IMG/VR virus record: IMGVR_UViG_3300027721_000010
Location: 1-31,002 of that record
From: a virus
Taxonomy: Duplodnaviria > Heunggongvirae > Uroviricota > Caudoviricetes
DNA length: 31,002 bases
Strand: one strand, 5' to 3'
Part shown: one piece after another, positions 1-8,840 of the stretch
Layout: each line of letters begins with the position of its first letter
How positions within the stretch are numbered: position 1 is the stretch's first letter
Translations under genes and position numbers: made by a program
Notes under the pieces: model-generated
What the model was told of the DNA's origin: nothing
Database searches by the model: none
What the model saw: the letters and a program-made list of their open reading frames with translations, nothing else

Positions 1-2
1 GG

Positions 3-272
3 GAGTATGTACCAATCATGACCGTTCCTCGTGAAGAAGCTACAGAAATCCTGCATGATCTAGATTTTGACACTCTGCAGCTAGATGATAGCTATGCTGT
101 TCGTGAACTGGAAGATTTGGCTGATAAAGCCCAATCTGGTTTTGTTGCTGAGAGTAAGAAGCATGAGTTCAACCTTCCTCATATTTCCACTGTGGAAATT
201 GAGAACATCGTTGAATCTCTTGATGAGATGAAGAGCGAAATCAGTTCTCGAGTGCAGATGATTGTTGATTAA
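3..272 (+). CDS. Acidic hypothetical protein, probably 5'-truncated
   Basis: Frame is open from base 3 (EYVPIM...) through ATG 18 to TAA 272; no recognisable motif. Confidence 0.7.
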   Translation, partial: EYVPIMTVPREEATEILHDLDFDTLQLDDSYAVRELEDLADKAQSGFVAESKKHEFNLPHISTVEIENIVESLDEMKSEISSRVQMIVD

Positions 273-276
273 TAAA

Positions 277-308
277 TTTGGGGCTGTAACAAAAATAGTT
301 TATATTTG
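277..308 (+). promoter_or_regulatory. Bacteroidota sigma-ABfr-type promoter
   Basis: TTTG (277-280), 20-nt spacer, TATATTTG (301-308): exact -33/-7 consensus; overlapped by a 15-bp inverted repeat (279-293/305-319). Confidence 0.8.
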
Positions 309-332
309 TTACGGTCCCACTTTTATAACTAT

Positions 333-731
333 ATGACAATCAAGAAGAAACGAGCATCCAGAAAACCTAGAGTAGCTAGGCCAAGGAATGCTGGTACTAT
401 GACTGAAAGTGCCTTTTGGTCTTTCATTCGTAGTGCTCTGAGACAGAAGAGTAGATTCTGGAGACCTATATTACAATGCAAGCTGGAAGCACGTCGTCCA
501 TACAAAGGACCTAACAAGCGCCAGAAGTTTGAATACTTATGCAATGACTGTAAGAAATGGTATCCAGAGAAGAAAATTAACGTGGATCATATAGTTCCTG
601 CAGGAAGCCTAAACTGTGCAGCAGACCTTCCAGGATTTGTAGAGCGTCTGTTCTGTGAAAGAGAGCATTTGCAGGTGCTGTGTTCTACGTGTCACGATGA
701 AAAAACTAAAATTGAAAAATTAAAACCATGA
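333..731 (+). CDS. HNH endonuclease family protein
   Basis: CNDC...INVDHIVP...LQVLCSTCH Zn-binding HNH pattern; ATG 333 preferred to TTG 306, which lies inside the promoter. Confidence 0.8.
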   Translation: MTIKKKRASRKPRVARPRNAGTMTESAFWSFIRSALRQKSRFWRPILQCKLEARRPYKGPNKRQKFEYLCNDCKKWYPEKKINVDHIVPAGSLNCAADLPGFVERLFCEREHLQVLCSTCHDEKTKIEKLKP

Positions 732-952
732 GTGGATTTTCAAGCGGAACACCTTGTCCCAATTGTGGAGGTGACGCAGATTTGTACACAGATTGGAAGC
801 CGTTTGACTACACAGCTATTACATGTTATGATTGTGGATTAAAAATACATCCCGCTATCGATTACATGACACTAGAGGAGTTGAATGAGTATAGAACTGA
901 TATGGACTTAGAGCCATTGAAACAGCTTCCTGAACAAGATAAAAACCTCTAA
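728..952 (+). CDS. Small zinc-ribbon hypothetical protein
   Basis: CPNC...CYDC; ATGA overlap with upstream stop. Confidence 0.7.
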   Translation: MSGFSSGTPCPNCGGDADLYTDWKPFDYTAITCYDCGLKIHPAIDYMTLEELNEYRTDMDLEPLKQLPEQDKNL

Positions 953-962
953 ACTAAAAAGA

Positions 963-1295
963 ATGGCAATTTACAACAATGACCGTGATCCCAACGATGA
1001 GATGTGGGAGAAACAAAATGAAGAAGTTAATCAGATAGTGATTAACAAAGAAGCCTCTTTTGTAGAGGTGTGGCATGAGGGATATGTAGAATCCAAAGGA
1101 GAACGCCACTATTTCTGGCTTATTGATCCTCAGGGTGTAGATCCTAGGGGTAATGAATATGCTCCAGAGGTGAGATGGTTCTTTGCTAGAGTTCCTAGAG
1201 AGGTGAGAGCTATGTATAATTCTATTATCGAAGCATTTAAACAAACACAGAAAGATGATAGTGCAAACAGTGCACGAGATCTTAAATCCATTTGA
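963..1295 (+). CDS. Hypothetical protein
   Basis: 110-aa ORF with A-rich upstream region in a densely packed + strand operon. Confidence 0.7.
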   Translation: MAIYNNDRDPNDEMWEKQNEEVNQIVINKEASFVEVWHEGYVESKGERHYFWLIDPQGVDPRGNEYAPEVRWFFARVPREVRAMYNSIIEAFKQTQKDDSANSARDLKSI

Positions 1296-1560
1296 TGTAG
1301 AAGTAAAAGACTTAGGGTATGGAGTGGCGCTATTCATGATTGTGGGTAGTGTTCACTCCAATCCTCAGTTTATTGTACGCTTCTATAACACAGGGATCTT
1401 AAGAACCGTGGATCAAAATGACCTCCAGGTGTATGGCAATCCTACAGCAGGAGAACCATTGTCCCCAATACAGGAGGATAAGAAGGTGAGTAAGAACAGT
1501 AGATGGGGTAAAGGTGCCATGAGAAACTTGGACTTTTTAAAATCAAAAAACAATGATTAA
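1255..1560 (+). CDS. Hypothetical phage protein
   Basis: 101-aa ORF (HEILNP...GNP) tiling between neighbours. Confidence 0.7.
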   Translation: MIVQTVHEILNPFDVEVKDLGYGVALFMIVGSVHSNPQFIVRFYNTGILRTVDQNDLQVYGNPTAGEPLSPIQEDKKVSKNSRWGKGAMRNLDFLKSKNND

Positions 1561-2602
1561 AGGAACAGTAAAAACAGAAGCAACCTATCGTGCTAAGGCA
1601 ATTGATAGCTCGTCCAGCTTGAAGGAATTCAGCATGGACAGAAAGAAGTATTACCGAAAGTATATACTGGGTGAGGATGTAGAGGATAAAGACACTCAGG
1701 CTGCCACTATTGGTAGAGTGGTAGAGACACTTTTGCTAGAACCAGAAGAGTTTGATAATAGATTCCACATGTCTTCTTGTGCAGAAGCTCCATCAGCTCT
1801 GATGTTAGCTTTTGTGAACGCTTTGTATAAACATACAAAGGAAGCTACAGATGATCATGGTAATGTAACTAGAAGCTTTGAGGACATATCCAAAGATGCA
1901 TACGTAGAATCTGGGTTCAAGATTAAGTATGACGCAGTGATTGGTAAGTTTGTAGGCTCTGATGCTGAGATTTATTATAACGAGATGCGCCTTGTAAAAT
2001 CTAAAGGTCTCACTGTAGTGACAGCAGAAGATGTAACGAACGCTGAGAAGATTGTAGAAGAGCTACGCAACAATCCTGTTACAAAGGATGTAGTGAATCT
2101 GGTGAACAGTCCTCGTTATTCTGTATACAACCAGCTGCAGGTAGAGAACTATGAGATCGATGGGCACATGTTCAAGAGTATGATGGATAAGGTGGTCGTT
2201 GATCACGAACAGCGAACAGTTCAGGTGTATGATTTAAAATGCACATGGTCTGTAGAGAACTTCCTGGAGGAGTATTATCTGTATCGTCGTGCCTATATTC
2301 AAGCCTATTTGTACACTATTGCTGCTACAGCCTTCAGAGATAGTCAAGAAGAACTGGATGAATACGATGTGTTGCCTCCTAGATTTCTTGTTTGTGACAG
2401 CACTAATTATTACAACCCTTTGATTTACAAGCTTTCTGAGCAAGACTTAGAGGATGCTTATAGTGGTTTTACCCACAAGAGTAGAGAGTATAAAGGAGTG
2501 GGAACAATCATTGCAGATTTGAAATGGGCCTTAGAGAATAACGTATGGAACATTTCAAGAGAAAACAGCATTACCAATGGACTTGTAAAAATTAGAGGAT
2601 GA
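1553..2602 (+). CDS. PD-(D/E)xK exonuclease, RecE/exonuclease VIII (DUF3799)-like
   Basis: SSSSLKEF, GRVVETLLLEP, FKSMMDKVVVD...VYDLKCT, Y...Q.Y.Y motifs. Confidence 0.75.
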   Translation: MIKGTVKTEATYRAKAIDSSSSLKEFSMDRKKYYRKYILGEDVEDKDTQAATIGRVVETLLLEPEEFDNRFHMSSCAEAPSALMLAFVNALYKHTKEATDDHGNVTRSFEDISKDAYVESGFKIKYDAVIGKFVGSDAEIYYNEMRLVKSKGLTVVTAEDVTNAEKIVEELRNNPVTKDVVNLVNSPRYSVYNQLQVENYEIDGHMFKSMMDKVVVDHEQRTVQVYDLKCTWSVENFLEEYYLYRRAYIQAYLYTIAATAFRDSQEELDEYDVLPPRFLVCDSTNYYNPLIYKLSEQDLEDAYSGFTHKSREYKGVGTIIADLKWALENNVWNISRENSITNGLVKIRG

Positions 2603-3153
2603 ATGATGTAAAAAAGACAATTACGAGTGTATTTATGGTGCCCACCCTCCAGATACCAAGAGGTGAGTTACAAGACAATGGATTTATTAATGGTTATGTA
2701 AAAGATGGAAGTAGAGAGGTGCAGTATGAAAACTGCATCTATCTGCTCTTCCAACCCAAAGACCTTGATAAATTCAGAGAATTTCTAGACAGTGAGTATG
2801 AACGCACGAAAGACATTGTTGATGATTATGATTATCAAGATGGGTTTGTGGTGGTAGTTTATCAGCTGAACAAGAAGTTCAACAAAGACTTCATGCTTAT
2901 CAAAGAGGGTTTGTACTCTCGCACATCTAAAGACTTCCAAGCCTTGTTTCCCAAGGTGATCAAGATAAAGAAGAACGGTTTGCAACGAGATGAGATTAGT
3001 TTGCAATATCGTGTGTTCAATAGAACAGAAGACTTGATTAAATTCTGGGAGGACAAGCTAGGCGTAGAATTTGATGATGATCAGGAAGTGTGGCATGCAT
3101 TCATCCTAAAGGATGAGATTCTTAACATTGAAAAACTAAAAGAACATGTATGA
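2599..3153 (+). CDS. Hypothetical phage protein
   Basis: 184-aa ORF, ATGA-coupled to the exonuclease. Confidence 0.75.
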   Translation: MNDVKKTITSVFMVPTLQIPRGELQDNGFINGYVKDGSREVQYENCIYLLFQPKDLDKFREFLDSEYERTKDIVDDYDYQDGFVVVVYQLNKKFNKDFMLIKEGLYSRTSKDFQALFPKVIKIKKNGLQRDEISLQYRVFNRTEDLIKFWEDKLGVEFDDDQEVWHAFILKDEILNIEKLKEHV

Positions 3154-3343
3154 CAATGAAATAGCAGAGGTGCTAAAGAAAACCTATGGTGATAAAAACT
3201 TCAAGATTTATTGCGAGATGCAGGTGGTCAGACACACACTTGCTGGCCAAGAGTTAAACAGACTTAATAACTCTGATGAGAGCTACGAAGGCTACTTCTG
3301 GCAAACAAAACTTGATGAAATTACTGAAAACGAAAAAAACTAA
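3146..3343 (+). CDS. Hypothetical protein
   Basis: 65-aa ORF overlapping upstream stop. Confidence 0.6.
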   Translation: MYDNEIAEVLKKTYGDKNFKIYCEMQVVRHTLAGQELNRLNNSDESYEGYFWQTKLDEITENEKN

Positions 3344-3349
3344 AAGAAA

Positions 3350-3769
3350 ATGAATAATCTACTAGAAAAGTATCCCTACGCTACAGAAGCTGTAAGCAAT
3401 TGGTTTATGGAGAAGATGATCGAGTCTTTTAAGGATGAGAATGTCCCTAATGATTTCAAAGACTTCATGCGCCAGCAGGGGATTTCAAACGACAGGGTGG
3501 CTCAGATGATTCAGGGTAATCCCAGGGTATTGTTTGATGTATTTGATGATAACCAGGTGATTATCAACGTATTGTGTATCTACAAAGGATTTACGTGGAG
3601 TATTGAAGATGTAAAAAGTGTTGAAGTTTACCCTTCTAGAAAGGAAGCCGAGTATGCTGCTGTTGAACGTGCTTTTCAAATACTGGACGAAAAACTAAAC
3701 ATTATCATCTCTGAAACCAAAAACGATGAAGGACCAGATAGTGGAACAAGTGATAGTAAAGTATTCTGA
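3350..3769 (+). CDS. Hypothetical protein
   Basis: 139-aa ORF with A-rich upstream region. Confidence 0.7.
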   Translation: MNNLLEKYPYATEAVSNWFMEKMIESFKDENVPNDFKDFMRQQGISNDRVAQMIQGNPRVLFDVFDDNQVIINVLCIYKGFTWSIEDVKSVEVYPSRKEAEYAAVERAFQILDEKLNIIISETKNDEGPDSGTSDSKVF

Positions 3770-3977
3770 GCGTAGTGAAACAGGGTATCGAAAGTATGGT
3801 ACCACACTATCAGAAAACAATCACGACAATTTTCTAAAGCATCTCCAAGAGGAGCTCATGGATGCCACGCTTTACATTGAAAAATTACAAAGCTTGGGAC
3901 AGGAAATAACCAGAATGGTTAAACTCTATCCAAACGATGCAGATCTTGGAGAGGCAATAAGAAAAATGATTAGATAG
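3726..3977 (+). CDS. Small all-alpha phage protein, MazG/dNTP-pyrophosphatase-like
   Basis: G.RKYGTTL...HLQEELMDATLYIEK pattern (EExxD helix). Confidence 0.6.
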   Translation: MKDQIVEQVIVKYSERSETGYRKYGTTLSENNHDNFLKHLQEELMDATLYIEKLQSLGQEITRMVKLYPNDADLGEAIRKMIR

Positions 3978-3991
3978 AATTTTCAAATTGT

Positions 3992-4023
3992 CTTGGTAAT
4001 TTGGAAGGGTCACAGTAAATTTG
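3992..4023 (+). promoter_or_regulatory. Bacteroidota-type promoter upstream of endonuclease/nrdJ
   Basis: CTTG (3992-3995), 20 nt, TAAATTTG (4016-4023); the -7 box sits inside perfect inverted repeat AAGGGTCACA-N7-TGTGACCCTT (4005-4031). Confidence 0.65.
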
Positions 4024-4041
4024 TGACCCTTTCATTTAGCC

Positions 4042-4572
4042 ATGCAAATACACTCTCAATACACAAACAGTTGTCCGATTTGTGGTAAGCTTAGGCACTA
4101 TAAATCCAAAAGTGGGTTTCATAGAGCAAATAGTAAACAATTAGCATGCAAGTCATGTTCCAACTCTATTCAGGCTGGAGGAAAAGGACATTTAATAAAG
4201 GGTGATCAGAAACTTTGTTCATTTTGCCATCAGTATAAGAGTTTTGATAAATTTGGAACAAATGGAAATGGTAAGTTGAAGTCAAGATGTAAAGATTGCC
4301 AAACAAAGTATAATACTCAATACCATAAAGAAGTATTTCGATTTGATAGATATGGTATTACAAAAGAAGCATTTACACAAATGCTTGATAATCAAAATCA
4401 TAGCTGTGCAATATGTGAAATAGGTATAAACGAAAAGTCGTCTCACATAGATCATTGCCATTCTACAGGTAAAGTGAGAGGAGTTTTATGTGAGAAATGT
4501 AATAAAGGGTTAGGACAATTTGATGACAATGTAAATTATTTAAGTAACGCAATAAAATATCTAAACAAATGA
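4042..4572 (+). CDS. Endonuclease VII-type HNH homing endonuclease with N-terminal Zn-finger motifs
   Basis: QNHSCAICE...HIDHCHSTGKVRGVLCEKCNKGLGQFDDN; four further CxxC pairs; visibly more AT-rich than nrdJ. Confidence 0.85.
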   Translation: MQIHSQYTNSCPICGKLRHYKSKSGFHRANSKQLACKSCSNSIQAGGKGHLIKGDQKLCSFCHQYKSFDKFGTNGNGKLKSRCKDCQTKYNTQYHKEVFRFDRYGITKEAFTQMLDNQNHSCAICEIGINEKSSHIDHCHSTGKVRGVLCEKCNKGLGQFDDNVNYLSNAIKYLNK

Positions 4573-6470
4573 GTAAAGTTCAAGAGGATTTGGGGCTGTC
4601 CGCATTGAGTTCCCTGACCATTTTTAGTAAGTATGCGAAGTATGTTCCTGAGCTTAAACGCAGGGAAACATGGGAAGAGATTGTTGGCAGGTATGAGCAG
4701 ATGATGGTAAAGAAATATCCTAAGCTAGAGGATATGATTAGACAAGCCACTGGCTACATCAGAGACAAGAAGGTGCTCCCTTCTATGAGAGCTCTTCAGT
4801 TTGCAGGTGCTGCAGCTGAGGTGAACAATGCTAGAATCTACAACTGCTGCTATCTGCCTATTGACAGCATTCATAGCTTCAATGAGACTATGTTCTTGTT
4901 GCTGGGAGGTACAGGTGTAGGCTATAGTGTTCAAAAACAACACGTTGCGCAGCTTCCAGCTATTACAAAGCCTGGAAAACAGCGCAATTATCTGATTGAA
5001 GACAGTATTATGGGCTGGGCAGACGCTGTGAAAGTGCTCATGAAAGCCTATCTAGAGGAAGGATTTATGCCTAAGTTTGACTTTAGAGCTATCCGTAAGA
5101 AGGGCGCTCGACTGATTACAGCTGGTGGTAAAGCTCCTGGACCTGAGCCTCTAAAGATATGTCTGGCTCATGTAGAGGCTGTTTTGAGCCGAATAGAGCC
5201 TGGTAATCAGCTCAGTCCATTACATTGCCACGATATCCTCTGTCACATTGCAAACAGTGTACTGGCTGGTGGTATCCGCAGATCTGCCATGATTGCCCTA
5301 TTTAGCCATGATGATGAGGAAATGATCACCTGTAAGTATGGTAATTGGTGGGAGACTAATGAGCAGCGTGGTAGGGCTAATAACTCTGCTGTTCTACTCA
5401 GAGGTTCTGTAGAAGAGGAAGAATTTAATTCTCTATGGAAGAGAATTGAAGCTTCTGGTTCTGGAGAGCCTGGAATCTACTGGACAAATAACCTAGACTG
5501 GGGAACTAACCCCTGCTGTGAGATTGCTCTCAGACCCTATCAGTTCTGTAACCTGTGTGAGGTGAATGTATCAGATGTTACTTGTCAGGAAGACCTGAAT
5601 AACCGTGTTACAGCAGCAGCTTTCTTTGGAACTCTGCAGGCTGGGTTTACAGACTTTCACTACTTACGCCCCATTTGGTCTAAAACCACCCAGAAAGATG
5701 CCCTCCTCGGGATAGGAATGACTGGGATTGGGTCAGGGGAGATTCTGAAATACAACCTAGCAGCTGCAGCCCGCGTAGCTAAGATGACTAATGCCATCAT
5801 TAGCGAGCAGATTGGAACTAATGAGGCAGCTCGTGTAACATGTATTAAACCTTCTGGTACAACTAGTTTGGTCCTGGGAACAGCATCAGGTATCCACGCA
5901 TGGCACAATGATTACTATCTGCGTACTATGCGCTTTGGTAAGAATGAGGATATTGCTAGTTTTCTAATGGTAAACCATCCAGAACTCGTTGAGGATGATG
6001 TACTTAGACCACACGATACCATCTGTGTACGTATTCCTGTAAAAGCACCTGAAGGGTCCATCTTCCGTACAGAAAGAGCACTTGAAACCCTTAGGCGTGT
6101 TAAGAAGTTTTCCATGGAGTGGATCAAAGAAGGACACAATATAGGAGACAACACTCACAATGTTAGTGCTACAATTTATATTGACAAGAATAAAAAGTAC
6201 GATGCTTTATTTGGAGTAATTGATGAATGGGAAGCAGTAGGTATGTGGATGTGGGAGAATAGGGAGGTGTATAATGGTCTAAGTGTTCTCCCTTATTTTG
6301 GAGGAAGTTATGTCCAAGCGCCTTTTGAGGACATCTCTAAGGAAGAATATGAAAAGAGAATTGCTACACTCCATACACTAGATCTCACCAAGGTGACAGA
6401 ACTAGATGACAGTGTAGAGTTTGGACAGGTCAGTGCTTGCAGTGGTGGTGCATGTGACATCAATATCTAA
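4569..6470 (+). CDS. nrdJ: Class II (adenosylcobalamin-dependent) ribonucleotide reductase, monomeric RTPR type
   Basis: LPSMRALQFAG, YNCC, GGIRRSA, TNPCCEI, CNLCE, IKPSGTTS, C-terminal CSGGAC cysteine pair; no small subunit adjacent. Confidence 0.9.
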   Translation: MSKVQEDLGLSALSSLTIFSKYAKYVPELKRRETWEEIVGRYEQMMVKKYPKLEDMIRQATGYIRDKKVLPSMRALQFAGAAAEVNNARIYNCCYLPIDSIHSFNETMFLLLGGTGVGYSVQKQHVAQLPAITKPGKQRNYLIEDSIMGWADAVKVLMKAYLEEGFMPKFDFRAIRKKGARLITAGGKAPGPEPLKICLAHVEAVLSRIEPGNQLSPLHCHDILCHIANSVLAGGIRRSAMIALFSHDDEEMITCKYGNWWETNEQRGRANNSAVLLRGSVEEEEFNSLWKRIEASGSGEPGIYWTNNLDWGTNPCCEIALRPYQFCNLCEVNVSDVTCQEDLNNRVTAAAFFGTLQAGFTDFHYLRPIWSKTTQKDALLGIGMTGIGSGEILKYNLAAAARVAKMTNAIISEQIGTNEAARVTCIKPSGTTSLVLGTASGIHAWHNDYYLRTMRFGKNEDIASFLMVNHPELVEDDVLRPHDTICVRIPVKAPEGSIFRTERALETLRRVKKFSMEWIKEGHNIGDNTHNVSATIYIDKNKKYDALFGVIDEWEAVGMWMWENREVYNGLSVLPYFGGSYVQAPFEDISKEEYEKRIATLHTLDLTKVTELDDSVEFGQVSACSGGACDINI

Positions 6471-6643
6471 TGAAATACCACAAAGATTTCATAGAGGGCA
6501 TGCATTATTACCTAGAGGGTAATAAGGTGGTATTTACAGAGCTGTTCCATAAACAACGTGGCTATTGTTGTGGTTCAGGCTGTAAACATTGCCCTTTTGA
6601 TCCTAAGCACAAGAAAGGAGAAAAGAAAACTAAGAGTAAATAA
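6470..6643 (+). CDS. 57-aa Cys-rich protein, DUF5522-like (absent from ORF track)
   Basis: Manual translation MKYHKDFIEGMHYYLEGNKVVFTELFHKQRGYCCGSGCKHCPFDPKHKKGEKKTKSK; TAATG overlap with nrdJ stop. Confidence 0.8.
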   Translation: MKYHKDFIEGMHYYLEGNKVVFTELFHKQRGYCCGSGCKHCPFDPKHKKGEKKTKSK

Positions 6644-6668
6644 GAGTTTCTATTCGACAGTTAACGAA

Positions 6669-6705
6669 AGCCCTGGGTGTGTCTACACTCGGGGCTAATT
6701 TTTTT
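6669..6705 (+). terminator. Intrinsic terminator
   Basis: 12-bp stem AGCCCTGGGTGT-GTCT-ACACTCGGGGCT (2 G-U pairs) followed by AATTTTTTT. Confidence 0.85.
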
Positions 6706-6714
6706 GTAAAAAAG

Positions 6715-6746
6715 TTAGGTTTTCATAGGGAAAACCGTTATATTTG
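6715..6746 (+). promoter_or_regulatory. Bacteroidota-type promoter for recA operon
   Basis: TTAG (6715-6718), 20 nt, TATATTTG (6739-6746); 7-bp inverted repeat GGTTTTC-N5-GAAAACC mostly in the spacer. Confidence 0.65.
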
Positions 6747-6767
6747 TGTATTAAACAACAACTACAT

Positions 6768-7802
6768 ATGGCAAAAGCAAAACAAGAAATCTCTGATTCT
6801 AAACAGAGTAAATTCCAAGAAGCATTAGAGAAATTAAACAAGACGTATGGTGTAGGCACAGTGCTTGCACTAGACAGTAAAACTGGTGGTGATTATGATG
6901 TAATCAGCACAGGATCAATTGGTTTTGACTACATCACATTAGGTGTGGGTGGCTTTGTGAAAGGGCGCCTCTATGAACTGATGGGATGGGAGGGTACAGG
7001 CAAATCAACTATCTGTGGTCATGCAGCAGCTGAATGTCAAAAAGCAGGAGGCACTGTATTGTACATAGATGGCGAGCATGCTGTTGATAAGAAGTATTTC
7101 CAAGCTCTGGGTGTAGACACCACTAAGATGTTAATCGCTCAGCCTAGTTGCGGTGAGGAGGGTTTTAACATTGCTATGGAGATGATCAACACTGGAGAAG
7201 TGGACCTGGTAATTATCGACTCAGATTCATCACTGATTCCTAAGAAGGTGTTAGATGGTGAGGTGGGTGATAGTGCCATCGGTAAGAAAGCTGTGTTGAA
7301 CAGCAACGCCTATCCAAAACTAAAGACAGCCCTGTCTGCAAACAATGTTTGTGTGATTGTAATCAGCCAGTATCGTGAGAAGATTGGTGTGATGTTTGGC
7401 AATCCTACAACAACACAAGGCGGACATGCATTGAAGTTCTATTCAGATGTTCGTGTAGAGGTGAGCAGGTCCTTAGCAAAAGAGGGTGATGTCACCTACG
7501 GTAATCTAACCAAGGTGAAGGCTACCAAGAACAAGATGAATCCTCCCTATCGTATGTCTAGTTTTGAGATTGTGTATGGTGAGGGTATTGACAAGGTTGG
7601 TGAAGTGCTTGAGCTCATGAATGAATATGAAGTGGGTAGAAAGTATGGTAAAACCATGACTTTTAAAGAAACTAAGTATGATTTAGAGCAGTTCAAACAA
7701 ATGCTACTTGACAATCCCGAGTTCTACATAGAAATCAGAAATGCTATTCTTGACAAAATAAAACAAGCAGATGTCCAGCAAGAAACCGAAGATCAGATTT
7801 AA
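6768..7802 (+). CDS. recA: RecA-family recombinase
   Basis: ISTGS...LGVGG, Walker A GWEGTGKST, YIDGEHA, VIIDS, ISQYREKIGVMFGNP.TT.GG.ALKFYS; ATG 6768 preferred to TTG 6744. Confidence 0.95.
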   Translation: MAKAKQEISDSKQSKFQEALEKLNKTYGVGTVLALDSKTGGDYDVISTGSIGFDYITLGVGGFVKGRLYELMGWEGTGKSTICGHAAAECQKAGGTVLYIDGEHAVDKKYFQALGVDTTKMLIAQPSCGEEGFNIAMEMINTGEVDLVIIDSDSSLIPKKVLDGEVGDSAIGKKAVLNSNAYPKLKTALSANNVCVIVISQYREKIGVMFGNPTTTQGGHALKFYSDVRVEVSRSLAKEGDVTYGNLTKVKATKNKMNPPYRMSSFEIVYGEGIDKVGEVLELMNEYEVGRKYGKTMTFKETKYDLEQFKQMLLDNPEFYIEIRNAILDKIKQADVQQETEDQI

Positions 7803-8217
7803 GAAAAAAGATGAGCAAGCCAAGCTCCCTGTAAAGGGGAGTTTGGATGCTGCTTGTTTTGATGTATTTGCCCACAGCGTTAAGATCGAACGCCCCAATA
7901 AGATGATCATTGGGCTTGGGTTTAGCACAGAAATTCCTGTAGGATACAAAGGAGTCGTTGTCCCTCGTAGCAGCTTATCCAAAACTAGTTGGATATTAGC
8001 CAACTCTATTGGTATTATAGATGCTGACTACCGTGGTGAGTGGATGATGGTGTTCAAGTGTCTAGGAGAAATGATTTACCAACCTCTACCCTATGGCATA
8101 GGTGACAGATGTGGTCAGCTTTATTTTGAACCCATACAGGGATTCTATATGGAGGAAGTAGACGAGCTCTCTGACACTGAAAGAGGTGAAGGAGGATTTG
8201 GTTCAACTGGTAAATAG
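7771..8217 (+). CDS. dut: Trimeric dUTPase
   Basis: AACFDV, VVPRSSL, GIIDADYRGE, GQL, ERGEGGFGSTG (motifs I-V). Confidence 0.95.
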   Translation: MSSKKPKIRFKKKDEQAKLPVKGSLDAACFDVFAHSVKIERPNKMIIGLGFSTEIPVGYKGVVVPRSSLSKTSWILANSIGIIDADYRGEWMMVFKCLGEMIYQPLPYGIGDRCGQLYFEPIQGFYMEEVDELSDTERGEGGFGSTGK

Positions 8218-8223
8218 TTTTCT

Positions 8224-8451
8224 ATGAGTAAACTAATATTATCCCTGGAAGACGAGAACACCAGCTTGTTCTCCAAGCAATATCTAAGCCTCGTTGAGCT
8301 TTGTGATGAGATAGAAAAACAGCTTGAAGATCTGCAGAAGATGGACAAGCGTAAAAAGAAAGAGCTCAAGCAGGCTAAGGAGGACGTTAACTTCCTTATA
8401 GACATGTACAATGCTAGGGCTAAATTTAAAACCTACAATCGTGTAAAATGA
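8224..8451 (+). CDS. Hypothetical coiled-coil protein
   Basis: 75-aa ORF tiling the operon. Confidence 0.7.
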   Translation: MSKLILSLEDENTSLFSKQYLSLVELCDEIEKQLEDLQKMDKRKKKELKQAKEDVNFLIDMYNARAKFKTYNRVK

Positions 8452-8840
8452 ACACATGCCCTACGTGTGGAGCAAGGTGTGAAGGATCTCACTGTTTCAG
8501 ACACAAACCTAGAAAAGCTCTTCCAAAGTCTCGTGCGTTAAATAGAACACCTATTCAACGCAAAAATGCGGAGAATATGCAGGAGTTTTTTCTGTCTTTA
8601 TGGAAAAAACTTCCTCATTATTCTCAGGTTAGTGGAAAATATTTGGGAAAAGAGCCTCTAACAGTGTTCTTTCATCACATCCTTCCTAAAGAAAAACACC
8701 CTCAGGCTTGTTTTGATGAGGAGAATATTATACTTTTGACCTTAGAAGAGCATGATCAGGTAGAATTAGACATGTATAGATATGAGGAAGTTAATAGAAG
8801 GCGTGATCTGTTAAAAGCAAAGTATGAAAGAACCAAATAG
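8448..8840 (+). CDS. HNH-like nuclease/recombination protein
   Basis: N-terminal CxxC...C..H; FHHILPK...NIILLT..EH degenerate HNH. Confidence 0.6.
   Translation: MNTCPTCGARCEGSHCFRHKPRKALPKSRALNRTPIQRKNAENMQEFFLSLWKKLPHYSQVSGKYLGKEPLTVFFHHILPKEKHPQACFDEENIILLTLEEHDQVELDMYRYEEVNRRRDLLKAKYERTK

Noticed and set aside
4569-7802. Intron or intein in nrdJ or recA
   Set aside because: Both have normal lengths with contiguous motifs and no splicing signatures
3726-8217. MazG-like protein plus dUTPase as evidence for a non-canonical base system
   Set aside because: No PurZ, deaminase, thymidylate-synthase variant or queuosine-pathway gene in the window; both are common phage nucleotide-pool genes
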